A stretch of DNA of 64,000 nt, from positions 1,184,001 through 1,248,000 of the forward strand of contig CAWGMQ010000005.1 in NCBI GenBank assembly GCA_963823665.1, read 5' to 3'. The DNA is from an uncultured Planctomycetota bacterium (GTDB taxonomy: Bacteria; Planctomycetota; Planctomycetia; Isosphaerales; Isosphaeraceae). How positions within the stretch are numbered: position 1 is the first letter of the stretch; the number at the start of each line of letters is the position of its first letter. The notes beneath the pieces are model-generated. The model was given only the letters and a program-made list of their open reading frames with translations. It made no database searches and was not told the origin of the DNA. The position numbers and the translations under genes were made by a program. Of this stretch, positions 20,225 through 29,949 are shown in pieces.

Positions 20225-20467
20225 TCACGCACAAACCTTGCGTTCAATATACGAGACGATTTTACGCGGCGTCGCCCATTCCTCGCGATCAAGTTCCGCA
20301 GGCGAGATCTCCAGGCCGAACTCCGACGAGAACGCGACGATCAACTCCACCGTCTTGAGTGAATCGAGGATCTGGAGGTCGAACAGACGAACGTCGGGTT
20401 CGTGCCGTACATCCTCGATCTCGGACACGCCGGCAAGTACGTCCAGCACGCGATCAGAAATCGTCAT
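20225..20467 (-). CDS. dltC: D-alanyl carrier protein
   Basis: 80-aa acidic ACP: LFDLQILDSLKTVELIV...FGLEISPAELDREEWATPRKI (Ppant Ser in DSL; DR..WATP typical of DltC); operon context. Confidence 0.92.
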   Translation of the reverse strand: MTISDRVLDVLAGVSEIEDVRHEPDVRLFDLQILDSLKTVELIVAFSSEFGLEISPAELDREEWATPRKIVSYIERKVCA

Positions 20468-20554
20468 CGCAAGAAAACCTCCAGAAAGTCGTTCGCCAAT
20501 CCATCAGCAGTGGAGCGGGACCACCGCTCGCAAGGGAAACTTCGCCTGCGGACC

Positions 20555-21922
20555 CTACTCCACCCGGACTGGCAGATCCGGCCGGGCGACCTCCCGCGGC
20601 TGATTCTTGATGCTCGGGACATCACCCCACTCGTGAAGAGGGACAAATCCGGGCGCAGCCACTTCGGTCGCCGGCGAAACGGGGCGCGCCGGCTCCCACG
20701 TGGGACCGATCCTTCCCGAGAAGAGGAGGAAGCCCAGGCACACCAGATGGAACGTGACCAGGGTCCCTGCTGCTCGCCAGAGCGGCCCGTTCCCCCACAC
20801 CCGCCGTGGTTTGTTCCAGCGGGTGAAGAGATCATGCCCCGCCGAGAGCGTTCCGTGGTACAGACCATAAAGCAGGTAATAGGGCTCAATTCCGTGCCAG
20901 AGCCCCATCAGCCCGAAGGTGAGAAAGAAGCCCAGGTACGAGGCCGTGTGCCGGCCGGTGAACCAGCGGCCCTTGGTAGCGGCCAACACAAATCTCATGT
21001 ACACATGATCGCGGAACCAGGTGGAGAGACTGATGTGCCAGCGGTTCCAGAAGTCCTTGATATTGCCGGCCAGGAACGGGCGGTTGAAGTTCTCGGGTGT
21101 GTGAATCCCCAGCAGGTAGCTCGCCCCAACGGCGAAAGCGCTGTAGCCGGCGAAATCGAAGAAGAGGTAGAGACTGTAGCCGTACATGTATGACAAGGTG
21201 CTGAGAATTCCTCCGGGGGCGATCCGGTCGATCCAGTAGCGCTCTATGAGCGCCGCCAGGATGAACTTGTACAGGAAGCCGGTGAAAACGCGATGAACGG
21301 CCCCATCCAGGTCCGTCCAGAACTCCCCGGGGAGCCTGGGGCGCTTCCAGTCCTGACTGAACCGGCGGTAGCGGTCGATGGGGCCCGACGAGATCGCCGG
21401 GAAAAAGAAGAGGAAGGCAAAGAACTGTGTGGCGGGGAGCGAAACGATCGCGCGGTTCCGTATGCCGAAGATCACGTCCAGGCTGCGAAACGTCACGTAC
21501 GAGATCCCCAAGAACCCGACCACGGCGCCTGGGACAGCCAGCGGCAGGAATCGAGCCACGACCAGGGGGAACAAGGTCAACAAGAGCGCCGCGGGGAACG
21601 GCCAGTAGCGCGTCGTGAGCGTCCTCGTCCACAGGAAAGCCTGGGCCACGATCCACTGGAAGATCCCGCAGGCCAGCACCACCCAGATCACCCGGATCTC
21701 CGCCAGCCCGCCGGAGGCCGAAAACCCGCCGGTGGCCCCAGCGCCTTCGGGACTGGTGAGCGGCAGGAGGTGCGCGATCGCCCCGTACTGGACGATCAGC
21801 ATCGCCGCGGTGGCGAGCAAGACCCAGGCGCGCGAGAAGCCGAGCCACCGCCGGATCAGCAAGGTCGGCAGGGCGCTGTAAAGCAGAATGCCGAAATAGA
21901 GGAAATCCGCGTACGGGGTCAT
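20555..21922 (-). CDS. dltB: MBOAT D-alanyl transfer protein
   Basis: MTPY..F.YF start, FLGISYVTFRS, SSGPIDRYRRF, YLFFDFAGYS.FA, FWNRWHISLSTWFRDHVYMRF and MGLWHG (catalytic His); ATGA overlap with dltA. Confidence 0.93.
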   Translation of the reverse strand: MTPYADFLYFGILLYSALPTLLIRRWLGFSRAWVLLATAAMLIVQYGAIAHLLPLTSPEGAGATGGFSASGGLAEIRVIWVVLACGIFQWIVAQAFLWTRTLTTRYWPFPAALLLTLFPLVVARFLPLAVPGAVVGFLGISYVTFRSLDVIFGIRNRAIVSLPATQFFAFLFFFPAISSGPIDRYRRFSQDWKRPRLPGEFWTDLDGAVHRVFTGFLYKFILAALIERYWIDRIAPGGILSTLSYMYGYSLYLFFDFAGYSAFAVGASYLLGIHTPENFNRPFLAGNIKDFWNRWHISLSTWFRDHVYMRFVLAATKGRWFTGRHTASYLGFFLTFGLMGLWHGIEPYYLLYGLYHGTLSAGHDLFTRWNKPRRVWGNGPLWRAAGTLVTFHLVCLGFLLFSGRIGPTWEPARPVSPATEVAAPGFVPLHEWGDVPSIKNQPREVARPDLPVRVE

Positions 21923-23377
21923 GTGAGGGCCTCGGCCAACCTCCGTCGGTCTGCCTTACCGTTGGTGTTCATCGGAAAGCTCTCCAGAAACGAGAACCTC
22001 CGCGGGATCATGTACGCGGGCAGACGCTCGATCATCTTGCCTTTCAGCTCGCAGGCCATTTGGAAGTCTGACTGCGAGGGCTTCTCGTTCAGGATCACGA
22101 AGGCGGCGAGGGAATCGACTGCCCCCTGCTTGAGGACGGGTAGGACCACGGCATCGCGCACCCCCGTGAGGGCCCGCAAGTTTGCTTCCACATCCGCCAG
22201 CTCGATGCGGTAACCGTGCAGCTTGATCTGGTTATCGATCCGGCCCTCGAAGAAGAGCATGCCCTCGCGGTAGCGGCCCCAGTCGCCGGTTCGGTACGCC
22301 CGCTGACCGTTCACGTGAAAGAATGCGGTTCTCGTTTAACTCGGGCCGGTTCAGGTAGCCGGGGCTCACGTTGGGGCCGGCAATGATGATCTCCCCTCGC
22401 TCACCCTCCGGCAGCTCGCGCCGCTGCTCGTCCATCACCAGCACGCGGCTGCCCAGCATCGGATAACCGATTGGCAGCGGGGAGTACTTCAGGGCGATCT
22501 CGCGCGTGATCCGGATCGACGTGGTGGCGATGGTCGCCTCCGTGGGGCCGTAGGTGTTCCAGACCTCCGCAGCCGGGAACCGGTCCAGGAGCTGCGATGC
22601 GACTTCCGGGGCGAGCGTCTCGCCGCAAAACAGGAACCGCTTGAGCAAGGGCAGCATGCCCTGGTTGAACGTGGGCTCGACCAGGCACATCTGGGCGAAC
22701 GAAGGGGTCGACACCCAGGCCGTCAATTCAGAAGCAGCCAGGAGCTGATACATTTGCTTCGGGTTCGCCACATCCGCCTTGGTGACGCTCGTCACCGTCC
22801 CCCCCGTCACCAGGGCGGGGTACGTATCCATCAGGGAAACGTCGAACGAGTAGGGAACGACGTTCAGGAAAACCTCCCGCCCCTCCACGAACGCGTGCTC
22901 CGCGAGCATCCACCGCAGAAAACTCTGCAGGCAGCCGTAGGTGATGGGCACCCCTTTGGGCTCCCCGGTGCTGCCGGATGTAAACATGATGTAATAATGA
23001 TCGTCTATTCCGAGCCTGCATTGGGGAGCCTGCCCTCCTCCGGAAGAGAGATCGGCGACTTTCTCAGGCGTCAGGATGAGCGCGGCGCCGCTCGCGGCCG
23101 CGATACGCTCGATCCGCTGCGCGGGTAAGGCGGTGTCCACCGGCACATACGCACGCCCCGATTTGATGGCGCCCAGGTAGGCGATGATCAGTTCCGGCTC
23201 CTTGTGTCCCAGAACGACCACCGGCGCATTTTCCGGCAGCGAGGCGGCCAGATGGGCGGCCAGCGCGTCGGACCGGGAGCGCAATTCCCCATAGCTGAGG
23301 GTACGAGACTCGCTCTTGTAGGCCGGGTGGTCCGGGGTCATCCGGCCCCAGTGATCGATCCGCTCGATGATTTCCAC
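21919..23377 (-). CDS. dltA: D-alanine:carrier protein ligase; 1-nt frameshift at about 22336
   Basis: YIMFTSGSTGEPKGV, PYSFDVSLMD, WVSTPSFAQMC, FLFCGETL, NTYGPTE, YRTGD, QIKLHGYRIEL, NGKADR. Removing one base of the run at 22335-22337 gives RPELTRTAFFHVNGQRAYRTGD. Confidence 0.92.
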
Positions 23378-23387
23378 GAGTGGTCCC

Positions 23388-23564
23388 CTAGAAATTCTGG
23401 TAAATGAATGGGGGGGTGGAGAAGTTCCCTTGACCGTACAGCGCCGCCAGCGCCACCAGGATTCCGAGGTAGTAAATCGTCAGAGCAACGAACCTGAGCC
23501 ATGGTTGCGCCAACCGCTCTCTCCACAGGGCATGACGATTGTGGGCTCGCTCCACAAGATTCAT
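23388..23564 (-). CDS. dltX: DltX small membrane protein (58 aa, below the ORF-track cutoff)
   Basis: Hand translation: MNLVERAHNRHALWRERLAQPWLRFVALTIYYLGILVALAALYGQGNFSTPPFIYQNF*. One TM helix and a C-terminal FIYxxF motif; its ATG overlaps the dltD stop (ATGA). Confidence 0.9.
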   Translation of the reverse strand: MNLVERAHNRHALWRERLAQPWLRFVALTIYYLGILVALAALYGQGNFSTPPFIYQNF

Positions 23565-24859
23565 GGCTTGTCTTCCCTGGAAAATGGGATCGCGTCGTGG
23601 AAAAAACCGTCGAGCACCTGGTCGTAATACAGCAACCCATTGGGAGCGAGGTGCCCCATGGGATCGCGGCAGAACGACCGGTCGGCATCGTGATCGGCGA
23701 AGTCGACGACCGGAACGTGATAGCGGTCACTGATCCCGCGCAGCTTCTCGTAGTAGGCCCGTCGGTGCGTCAATCTGACGCCGCAGTAGTCATACCAGCC
23801 GCCGTGGATCGGCATGCTCAAGAGGAGCGGCCGGGCACCGAATTCGGTCAACTCGCGCAGGAGAAGCTCCAGATCGACCCATTCCTGGCTCCTCTCGAGC
23901 GTGCTCAGAAAATGCTCCTCCGTCCGGGTGTTTTTGAGTCGGAGCGTTTCCTGGCGAATTGTGCCTTTCCACTTTTCGTTCGCCAGCCCGAACTCGTTGT
24001 TGTCGGAATGGCTCCGGTACACTTCGTCGGCCTGCCGGTGCAGCATCGGCCAATCCAAGGGCGCAGCGCTGCGCGGCGAAGTCGGGTACGGGGATTTTAG
24101 TGGATGCGTCCAGAGATAACACACGACGTTCAAGTGATCCTGGTAGCGGAGGATCGCATTGTGCATGATCCCCAAGGGTAAGACGGCGTCATAGCAGGCG
24201 AGGGCCAGGGGAGATCCATCGGCGAGGTTCTCCAGCGCAAACCGAAGCAGCGGACGGTTCGCCACTGTCCTCGGGAACTGGAGCATCCGTCGCGCCGCAT
24301 CCTGCCGGAGCCGAAGGCTCAAGCGGGTATCGAAAACCAGTTCTCCGGCGTGCAAGTCAGAGAAATTACCCGCGTATGCGTCCGGCCGAACCGTGAGCCT
24401 CGAGTAGAACCAGCAGGGCGATAACGAGATCGCCACTTTCCGCCCAGCGAGCGCGGGGCCGACCGAAGCCAGCTTTTGCAGGATGGTCAAGCACGTCGAT
24501 TCCGCTTTGCCAATCGGAAAAATCGTGAACCCTGTCGGGCGATCGTGGAACAAGATGGTCGGATGAAAAGGCCGGGTATACGGCTGCAGCAGGTTCAGCT
24601 CGGAGCTGCCGTAAATCGGCAGCAAGCACGCGGTATCCAGCGCTGCCTGTTGCAAGGCCGTGCCCTGGTTCTTGACCGGGGCGAGATCGCCATCTCGTTC
24701 GATGACTGCCTCGCCCGCCGCGAGTGCCGCGATCGAGCGATATTCCAGAGACCGCGCGTAAAACGCAGATGCCTCCAGCGCGACGACGCCCAGAATCACC
24801 GCGGCGACCGCAGCAGCGAGATGGGGGGTTTGCTCCAGGCGCTCTTTCGGACCGGGCAT
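23561..24859 (-). CDS. dltD: DltD SGNH-like D-alanyl transferase
   Basis: N-terminal TM helix, KNQGTALQ..AL, LPIYGSSEL (catalytic Ser), ISLSPCWF, PIHGGWYDYCG, FCRDPMGHL (DxxH). Confidence 0.9.
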   Translation of the reverse strand: MPGPKERLEQTPHLAAAVAAVILGVVALEASAFYARSLEYRSIAALAAGEAVIERDGDLAPVKNQGTALQQAALDTACLLPIYGSSELNLLQPYTRPFHPTILFHDRPTGFTIFPIGKAESTCLTILQKLASVGPALAGRKVAISLSPCWFYSRLTVRPDAYAGNFSDLHAGELVFDTRLSLRLRQDAARRMLQFPRTVANRPLLRFALENLADGSPLALACYDAVLPLGIMHNAILRYQDHLNVVCYLWTHPLKSPYPTSPRSAAPLDWPMLHRQADEVYRSHSDNNEFGLANEKWKGTIRQETLRLKNTRTEEHFLSTLERSQEWVDLELLLRELTEFGARPLLLSMPIHGGWYDYCGVRLTHRRAYYEKLRGISDRYHVPVVDFADHDADRSFCRDPMGHLAPNGLLYYDQVLDGFFHDAIPFSREDKP

Positions 24860-25577
24860 TGTTGTCTCTCGCAACCGTCCTCGGGATTTCTGGAATCGCC
24901 TCCCGTCGCGGTGATATCAAGTTGGATCGCCGGCTGCTTCGACCGGGGAGGGGCGACCGAGCGTTTGGCCCCGGCCCACCCCACGAATTCCGGAGACGTG
25001 GCGCGAGCCCGGCCGATCGATGCGCGCACTGTGTGAATACGACGCCCCTCCCTGTTTGTCGGATTCGGCGTCCCCACGAGTTCAGACTTTGTGACAGCCC
25101 TCGCCCGTCCTCGATCGGAGGACGTCCTGGCGGAGAGGATAGGCCTTCGCGATGCACAGGCTATGCTTACCGTCGTCAAAGTCAACCCCGATTTGCTGAC
25201 CCGGCCCGGCCGAGTGCCAGCCCAGCCACGGTTGGGCTTGGTGGCCGACAAACGCGCCTGAAGGGTCGCAATCGAAAACGCCCTCACCGGGGCTATCTGG
25301 AACTGCTTGTCCCGGCACGGATTTCATTACAGCCGGAACGCCTTGACTGAAAGCAAAGCTGTCGCTACCAACGTTCGTCTGGATTCTGCGAACACGTCGC
25401 TGTTTTCATTTCTTAACGGTTGACCGGATAAAAGGTTAAGCTTTGTGCGCACGCCCGCATTCTGGGGGTTTTCGCTCATGCAGTTAGAGTTTGACGGCCG
25501 AGCTTATCGTTGGGTGCGCCTGGAAGAATGCTGACGCACGACCCGCCCTCGACAAAAGCGACGAGAAGAGGACAAGC

Positions 25578-26780
25578 ATGATGCGTCTCTTCGCGCCACG
25601 GCAGCATTCATGCCCATCGTCCGGGCCCCGGATCGGTCCAGCCCGGTCGGCCGCGCGGCCGGGTCGGCGAGCACGATGGCGGGCGCGGCCCGAGGCCGAG
25701 CCGCTCGATTCGCGTCTGCTCATGGCGTCGCCCGATCTGTCCGCGCGCGTTGCGCAGGTCTTGCAGCCGTACCTCGATCAAGGCCGGATCCCCGGCATCT
25801 CGGTGGCGATCGTCACGGACGGGCAGGTCGCCCTGACGCAAGGATACGGGATCAGCAACGTGAAGACCCATGCGCCCGTCGAGGCCAATACCCGGTTCGA
25901 CATCGGTTCGGTGACGAAAACGTTTACCGCCATCGGAGTGCTGCTCCTCTACCAGGAGAGCCAGGGCACGTCCGACCCACTTGATCTCAACGCCCCGATC
26001 AGTGAATATCTGAAAAATACTCGATCATTCAAGCTGCCGCGCAAGTGGGCCGGTGTCACCACGATGGAGCTGCTCAACATGACCAGCGGCATCGGGAATG
26101 CGTCAGACACCCAGCCCTGGCAGGCGCAAGTCGCGTCGGTCGGGAAGAACCCTCTGCTCTTCGCGCCTGGGACAAAGACTTTCTATAGCGACACGGGCTT
26201 CGACCTGCTCGGCGAGCTCATCGAGCAGCGGTCCGGGGAAAAGTACAGCACCTTCGTACAGAACCAGATCCTTGCACCGCTGGGGATGTCCGCAACCCAG
26301 GAGCTGGGCCTGTCCCCCACGGTGCCGAACCAGGCGGTCGGCTACAACGCGCGCAGCCACGGGACCTGGCCCAAGGCCAAGATCGAGAACGGACCCGAAA
26401 TGTACGCCGCCGCCGGGATGATCTCGACTGCCCAGGACATGGCCACCTACATGACGGCGCTCTTGAGCGGTCAGTTCCTCGATCCGGCGACCTATAACTT
26501 GATGTGGACCTCGACACCGACGCCGCAGTACGGCGTGAATCCCCCCTCCGACACGGTACGCGGCCTGGGATGGGATACGGCGATCGACACGAGCGCGGGG
26601 CCCACCATGGTCGCAAAGGGCGGGTCGGTACCCGGATTCGTCTCCGAGATCATCCTGTACCCGAACACGGACAGCGGAGTGTTCGTCTCCATCAACACCA
26701 ATCCTTCTGGCAGTCGGGGTGCGAGCCCCCTCAGCGCCTTGCAGGTCGCGAAGGCGGTGTACGCGGCGACCCAAGATTAG
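25578..26780 (+). CDS. Exported serine hydrolase, beta-lactamase class C/AmpH-like fold, with LEPR-XLL-type N-terminus
   Basis: PEAEPLDSRLLMA; IPGISVAI, FDIGSVTKTF (SxxK), LLNMTSGI, FYSDTGFDLLG, GLGW, KGGSVPGF. Confidence 0.88.
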   Translation: MMRLFAPRQHSCPSSGPRIGPARSAARPGRRARWRARPEAEPLDSRLLMASPDLSARVAQVLQPYLDQGRIPGISVAIVTDGQVALTQGYGISNVKTHAPVEANTRFDIGSVTKTFTAIGVLLLYQESQGTSDPLDLNAPISEYLKNTRSFKLPRKWAGVTTMELLNMTSGIGNASDTQPWQAQVASVGKNPLLFAPGTKTFYSDTGFDLLGELIEQRSGEKYSTFVQNQILAPLGMSATQELGLSPTVPNQAVGYNARSHGTWPKAKIENGPEMYAAAGMISTAQDMATYMTALLSGQFLDPATYNLMWTSTPTPQYGVNPPSDTVRGLGWDTAIDTSAGPTMVAKGGSVPGFVSEIILYPNTDSGVFVSINTNPSGSRGASPLSALQVAKAVYAATQD

Positions 26781-26894
26781 TTGACCTCTTGCCCCGCATC
26801 CGATTATGATCGGACATCTGTCGTACACGCCCCATGGCGACTGCACACCGCGCGATATCCGCATGCCAGATACAGTCTCATCCGGAGGATCACG

Positions 26895-29045
26895 ATGCGC
26901 CGCCCCCGTCCGGCTCTGACCGCCCTGCTCCTGATCGCTGGAGCCTGCCACGCCAACATCCCCGCAGGTCGCGCCGACGCCGAGCCGGCGAGCTTCGACG
27001 GAGAAGCAACGATCTCCGGGAAGATCGTCGACGCATCGGCGGCTCCCATTGCGGGGGCACAAGTAACACTCTATCGCCTTGAATCGCTCAACTCTCGCTG
27101 GGGGCGGTTCAAGGTCGAGCGCGCCGCCGCGGCGGCCGATGGGGCTGGAACGTACAAGTTCGCGGGTCTGGGAGACGGTTACTTCATGCTGTCCGTCGAA
27201 AGCGCCGGATTCCCTCGAACATTCCATGCTGCGAGCATCCAGGGCCATGCGTCACAAATGGTCGACATCGTGCTCAAACCGCCGGTATCGCTCGTCATTC
27301 GTGTCGAAGATCAGGACGGCAAGCCGGTTGCCGGAGCGCGTGTCCGGGAGATGACCCAGCGTGGGGCCAACGGAGAGTGCAGTTTCCGGCAACTCTGGAT
27401 GCGCTCGCTCGCCGTCTCGATCCCCACCAGCGACGAGCAGGGATGCTTGCGGCTGCCGCCACTTCCCTCCGGGGACATCATCAAAGCCACCATCGAACAT
27501 CCGAGACTCGCGCCGGTCAGGACGGGCGACCTGACGGCCGCCCCAGGCGCCACGGCCACGGTGAAGATGCAGCCCGGCGTCACGGTCACGCTGCACATCC
27601 CGGTCGATCCGCCGGCCGTGCGGATCGCCAGTGCAGTCGTGGACCTGCGGCACGAGCCTTTCGACGACCCGTCGACGATCATCTACTACGAAGTGGACTT
27701 TGATTCCAAGGGTTTGGCTCAACTCACCGTCGCGCCGGGCGAATACTCGTGGCTTCTGCTGCAGCATGAGAACTTCTTCTTGACCCCGGTGTATTCCGCG
27801 AATCATCAGAAGAAGAACTGGCTGCGCATCGAGCCCGGGCGGAACCGGGACCTGCACATCGACGTTCACCGGAAGGTATCGGCTCGAGGCCGGGTGGTCG
27901 ATGCCGACACGGGAAAGCCCCGGTACAGAATGTCGGTGATGGGCGAGCTTGCCCACCGAACTCCGCCGGGATGGGCCGATCCGCCGCCGGATACATGGAG
28001 CTTCGCCGGATGGGGTGAAACCGATGTGCAGGGGCGATACAGCATCGACCTTGCCGCCGGGCTCGGCCGCGTCTCCTTTCAGGGAAGCGCGTTCGTGGCG
28101 GAACAGGATTATTATGAAGTTTCCGTCGCCGACGACGGTTCAACCGTCATCCCGGATATCAAGATTCGTTCTCTGCAGAAGATCACAGGTGTTGTGCAGA
28201 ATCCCGACGGCACTCCCGCCCCCCGCGCCGTCGTTCGACTCCGCGGAAAGTACCTGACGGGGCTCCAGCCGGTATTGACCAACGACTCCGGTCGATTCGA
28301 GGTTCGCCCTGAATGGATTCCGGTCGACCCGGACACGGGAAAGCACGCCTACCTCCAGCACGTGGTCGCCTTCGATCCGTACCGCCCCCTGGCAGCCCGA
28401 GCCGAGGTACGGCTCGACCAGCCGAGTAAGGTCGTACTCAAGCTCGAGCCGCACGGCCCAGACTGGCCGCTGGCGGAATTCCAGTCCGAGCTCTCCGAGT
28501 GGGAGCGCGGCATCGTGCCGGCCGCCAGAACTGCCAAGGACGCAGCCGTCTCGATGCGCGGCATCAACCCACCCGAGATCGACAGTGTTTTATGGCTGAA
28601 TACCAATGACAAGACCCTGAGCCTCGCCGACCTGCGCGGCAAGTACGTTTTGCTGGATTTCTGGTTCGTCGGCTGTGGCCCCTGCCACGGTGATTTTCCG
28701 TCGGTCAAGCTGGTCCATGAGTTGTACAAGGACAGGGGCGTTGTGGTCATCGGTGTCCATAACAATTCCAGTCCGCCGGAGGCTGTCCGGAAACACGTCG
28801 CGGAGATCGGTTTGCCCTTTCCTGTGGCCGTCGACCATCCCGACGGCCGAACGATTGCCCGTTTCGAAAAACACGGCGTTCCCTCCGGCTACCCGGATTA
28901 CGTCCTGATCTCACCCGAGGGGAAAGTCCTGCTCGATGATCGCACCATTCCGCATCCGACCTTGCGTTCATACAAGCTGGAGATCATCCGGAAGTTCCTT
29001 CTCGAAGCGCGGGCGACTTTGGGGAAAGTTCAATCGGGCCTTTGA
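26895..29045 (+). CDS. Secreted protein with carboxypeptidase-regulatory-like domains and C-terminal TlpA-like thioredoxin
   Basis: Signal peptide; repeated G.VVD..GKPVAGA.V motifs; SLADLRGKYVLLDFWFVGCGPC. Confidence 0.85.
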   Translation: MRRPRPALTALLLIAGACHANIPAGRADAEPASFDGEATISGKIVDASAAPIAGAQVTLYRLESLNSRWGRFKVERAAAAADGAGTYKFAGLGDGYFMLSVESAGFPRTFHAASIQGHASQMVDIVLKPPVSLVIRVEDQDGKPVAGARVREMTQRGANGECSFRQLWMRSLAVSIPTSDEQGCLRLPPLPSGDIIKATIEHPRLAPVRTGDLTAAPGATATVKMQPGVTVTLHIPVDPPAVRIASAVVDLRHEPFDDPSTIIYYEVDFDSKGLAQLTVAPGEYSWLLLQHENFFLTPVYSANHQKKNWLRIEPGRNRDLHIDVHRKVSARGRVVDADTGKPRYRMSVMGELAHRTPPGWADPPPDTWSFAGWGETDVQGRYSIDLAAGLGRVSFQGSAFVAEQDYYEVSVADDGSTVIPDIKIRSLQKITGVVQNPDGTPAPRAVVRLRGKYLTGLQPVLTNDSGRFEVRPEWIPVDPDTGKHAYLQHVVAFDPYRPLAARAEVRLDQPSKVVLKLEPHGPDWPLAEFQSELSEWERGIVPAARTAKDAAVSMRGINPPEIDSVLWLNTNDKTLSLADLRGKYVLLDFWFVGCGPCHGDFPSVKLVHELYKDRGVVVIGVHNNSSPPEAVRKHVAEIGLPFPVAVDHPDGRTIARFEKHGVPSGYPDYVLISPEGKVLLDDRTIPHPTLRSYKLEIIRKFLLEARATLGKVQSGL

Positions 29046-29748
29046 GTGCCGCTGGAAACACGCCCCAGGTCACCTCGTACGAGGCTTCGAGCGGGCACGG
29101 GACGTAATGATCTGGCGTGAGGAAGATCGGCATGTCCGGAAGCCGCTCGCCGACGGCCACGTTTTCGACGTAGGCGACTTTCTCCGAACCTGCGGCATAC
29201 GCCGCGAGGGTCAACGGTTTGGCCGGCGGCAGTTCGAACGGCTCGTCCTTGAACTGGTCCCAGATCAACTTGTGGATGCCGTGCGGGTCGCGGGCTGACG
29301 GCGGAAAGAGATCGACGACCAGCAGGTGGACGCCGCGGCGGAGCAGTTTCCCGGCCTTGCGAACGAACGCCTTGAGCCCGTTCATGTTGTCCTTGTTCCC
29401 GCGCGACAGGATCTCGATGACCGCAATCAACTCCCCCTGCGGCAGGTAAACGGACAAATGGTCAGCCCGCCTCGCGTACCCGGCGGTGTTCTCCCCGCGG
29501 GTCACGACGCGGGTGCGGGGGGGGCTGTCGAGCACGGCGAGCCCTGGTGGACCGTTCGGGGGCATCGGCGGCTGGGCCTTGAGCGCGAGCACGTCCGGGA
29601 TTGGCCCTTTCGCATCCACCTCGCTCATGGCGAAATAACCCTCGGGCAACCCTCCGGAGTTGAGCCCATCGGCGAGAGCGGAAATCCATCGCTGGTGGAA
29701 GAAGTGGTACGTCCCGGCCGGAACGCAGGTCCAATCGTGAATCGGCAT
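28984..29748 (-). CDS. DUF4058 family (PD-(D/E)XK-like) protein
   Basis: MPIHDWTCVPAGTYHFFHQRWI, PDVL, AVIEILSRGNK, GVHLLVVDLFPP, LPDMPIFL. Confidence 0.82.
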   Translation of the reverse strand: MPIHDWTCVPAGTYHFFHQRWISALADGLNSGGLPEGYFAMSEVDAKGPIPDVLALKAQPPMPPNGPPGLAVLDSPPRTRVVTRGENTAGYARRADHLSVYLPQGELIAVIEILSRGNKDNMNGLKAFVRKAGKLLRRGVHLLVVDLFPPSARDPHGIHKLIWDQFKDEPFELPPAKPLTLAAYAAGSEKVAYVENVAVGERLPDMPIFLTPDHYVPCPLEASYEVTWGVFPAALKGPIELSPKSPALREGTSG

Positions 29749-29949
29749 GGCGAACCTCCCGCCGATATTGTACCAGATGGACGTTGGTTCTTCTTCTACG
29801 GCAAGAGCCACGCGGCCGTGCGAAGATCGAGACTTCGCTCCGATCGATTCCGGCGCTCGATCGGGAGCGCTGGGTGGTCGAACGGACTCTCTCGGATTAC
29901 TCTCGAACCTGACCGACATAGCCGGCCAGGATGCGAGGGAGCCCTTGTC

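Noticed and set aside
22300..22345. Programmed frameshift in dltA
   Set aside because: No slippery heptamer or stimulatory structure is evident, and similar indels occur throughout the window.
21919..23377. Adenylation domain plus carrier protein as an NRPS cluster
   Set aside because: No condensation or thioesterase domains; motifs and neighbours match Dlt.
25019..25047. 22/29-nt match to 34931-34959, and nearby ccccacga(a/g)ttc repeats
   Set aside because: The second copy lies inside the DUF433 relic and the matches are short. I cannot support a REP element or a third relic.
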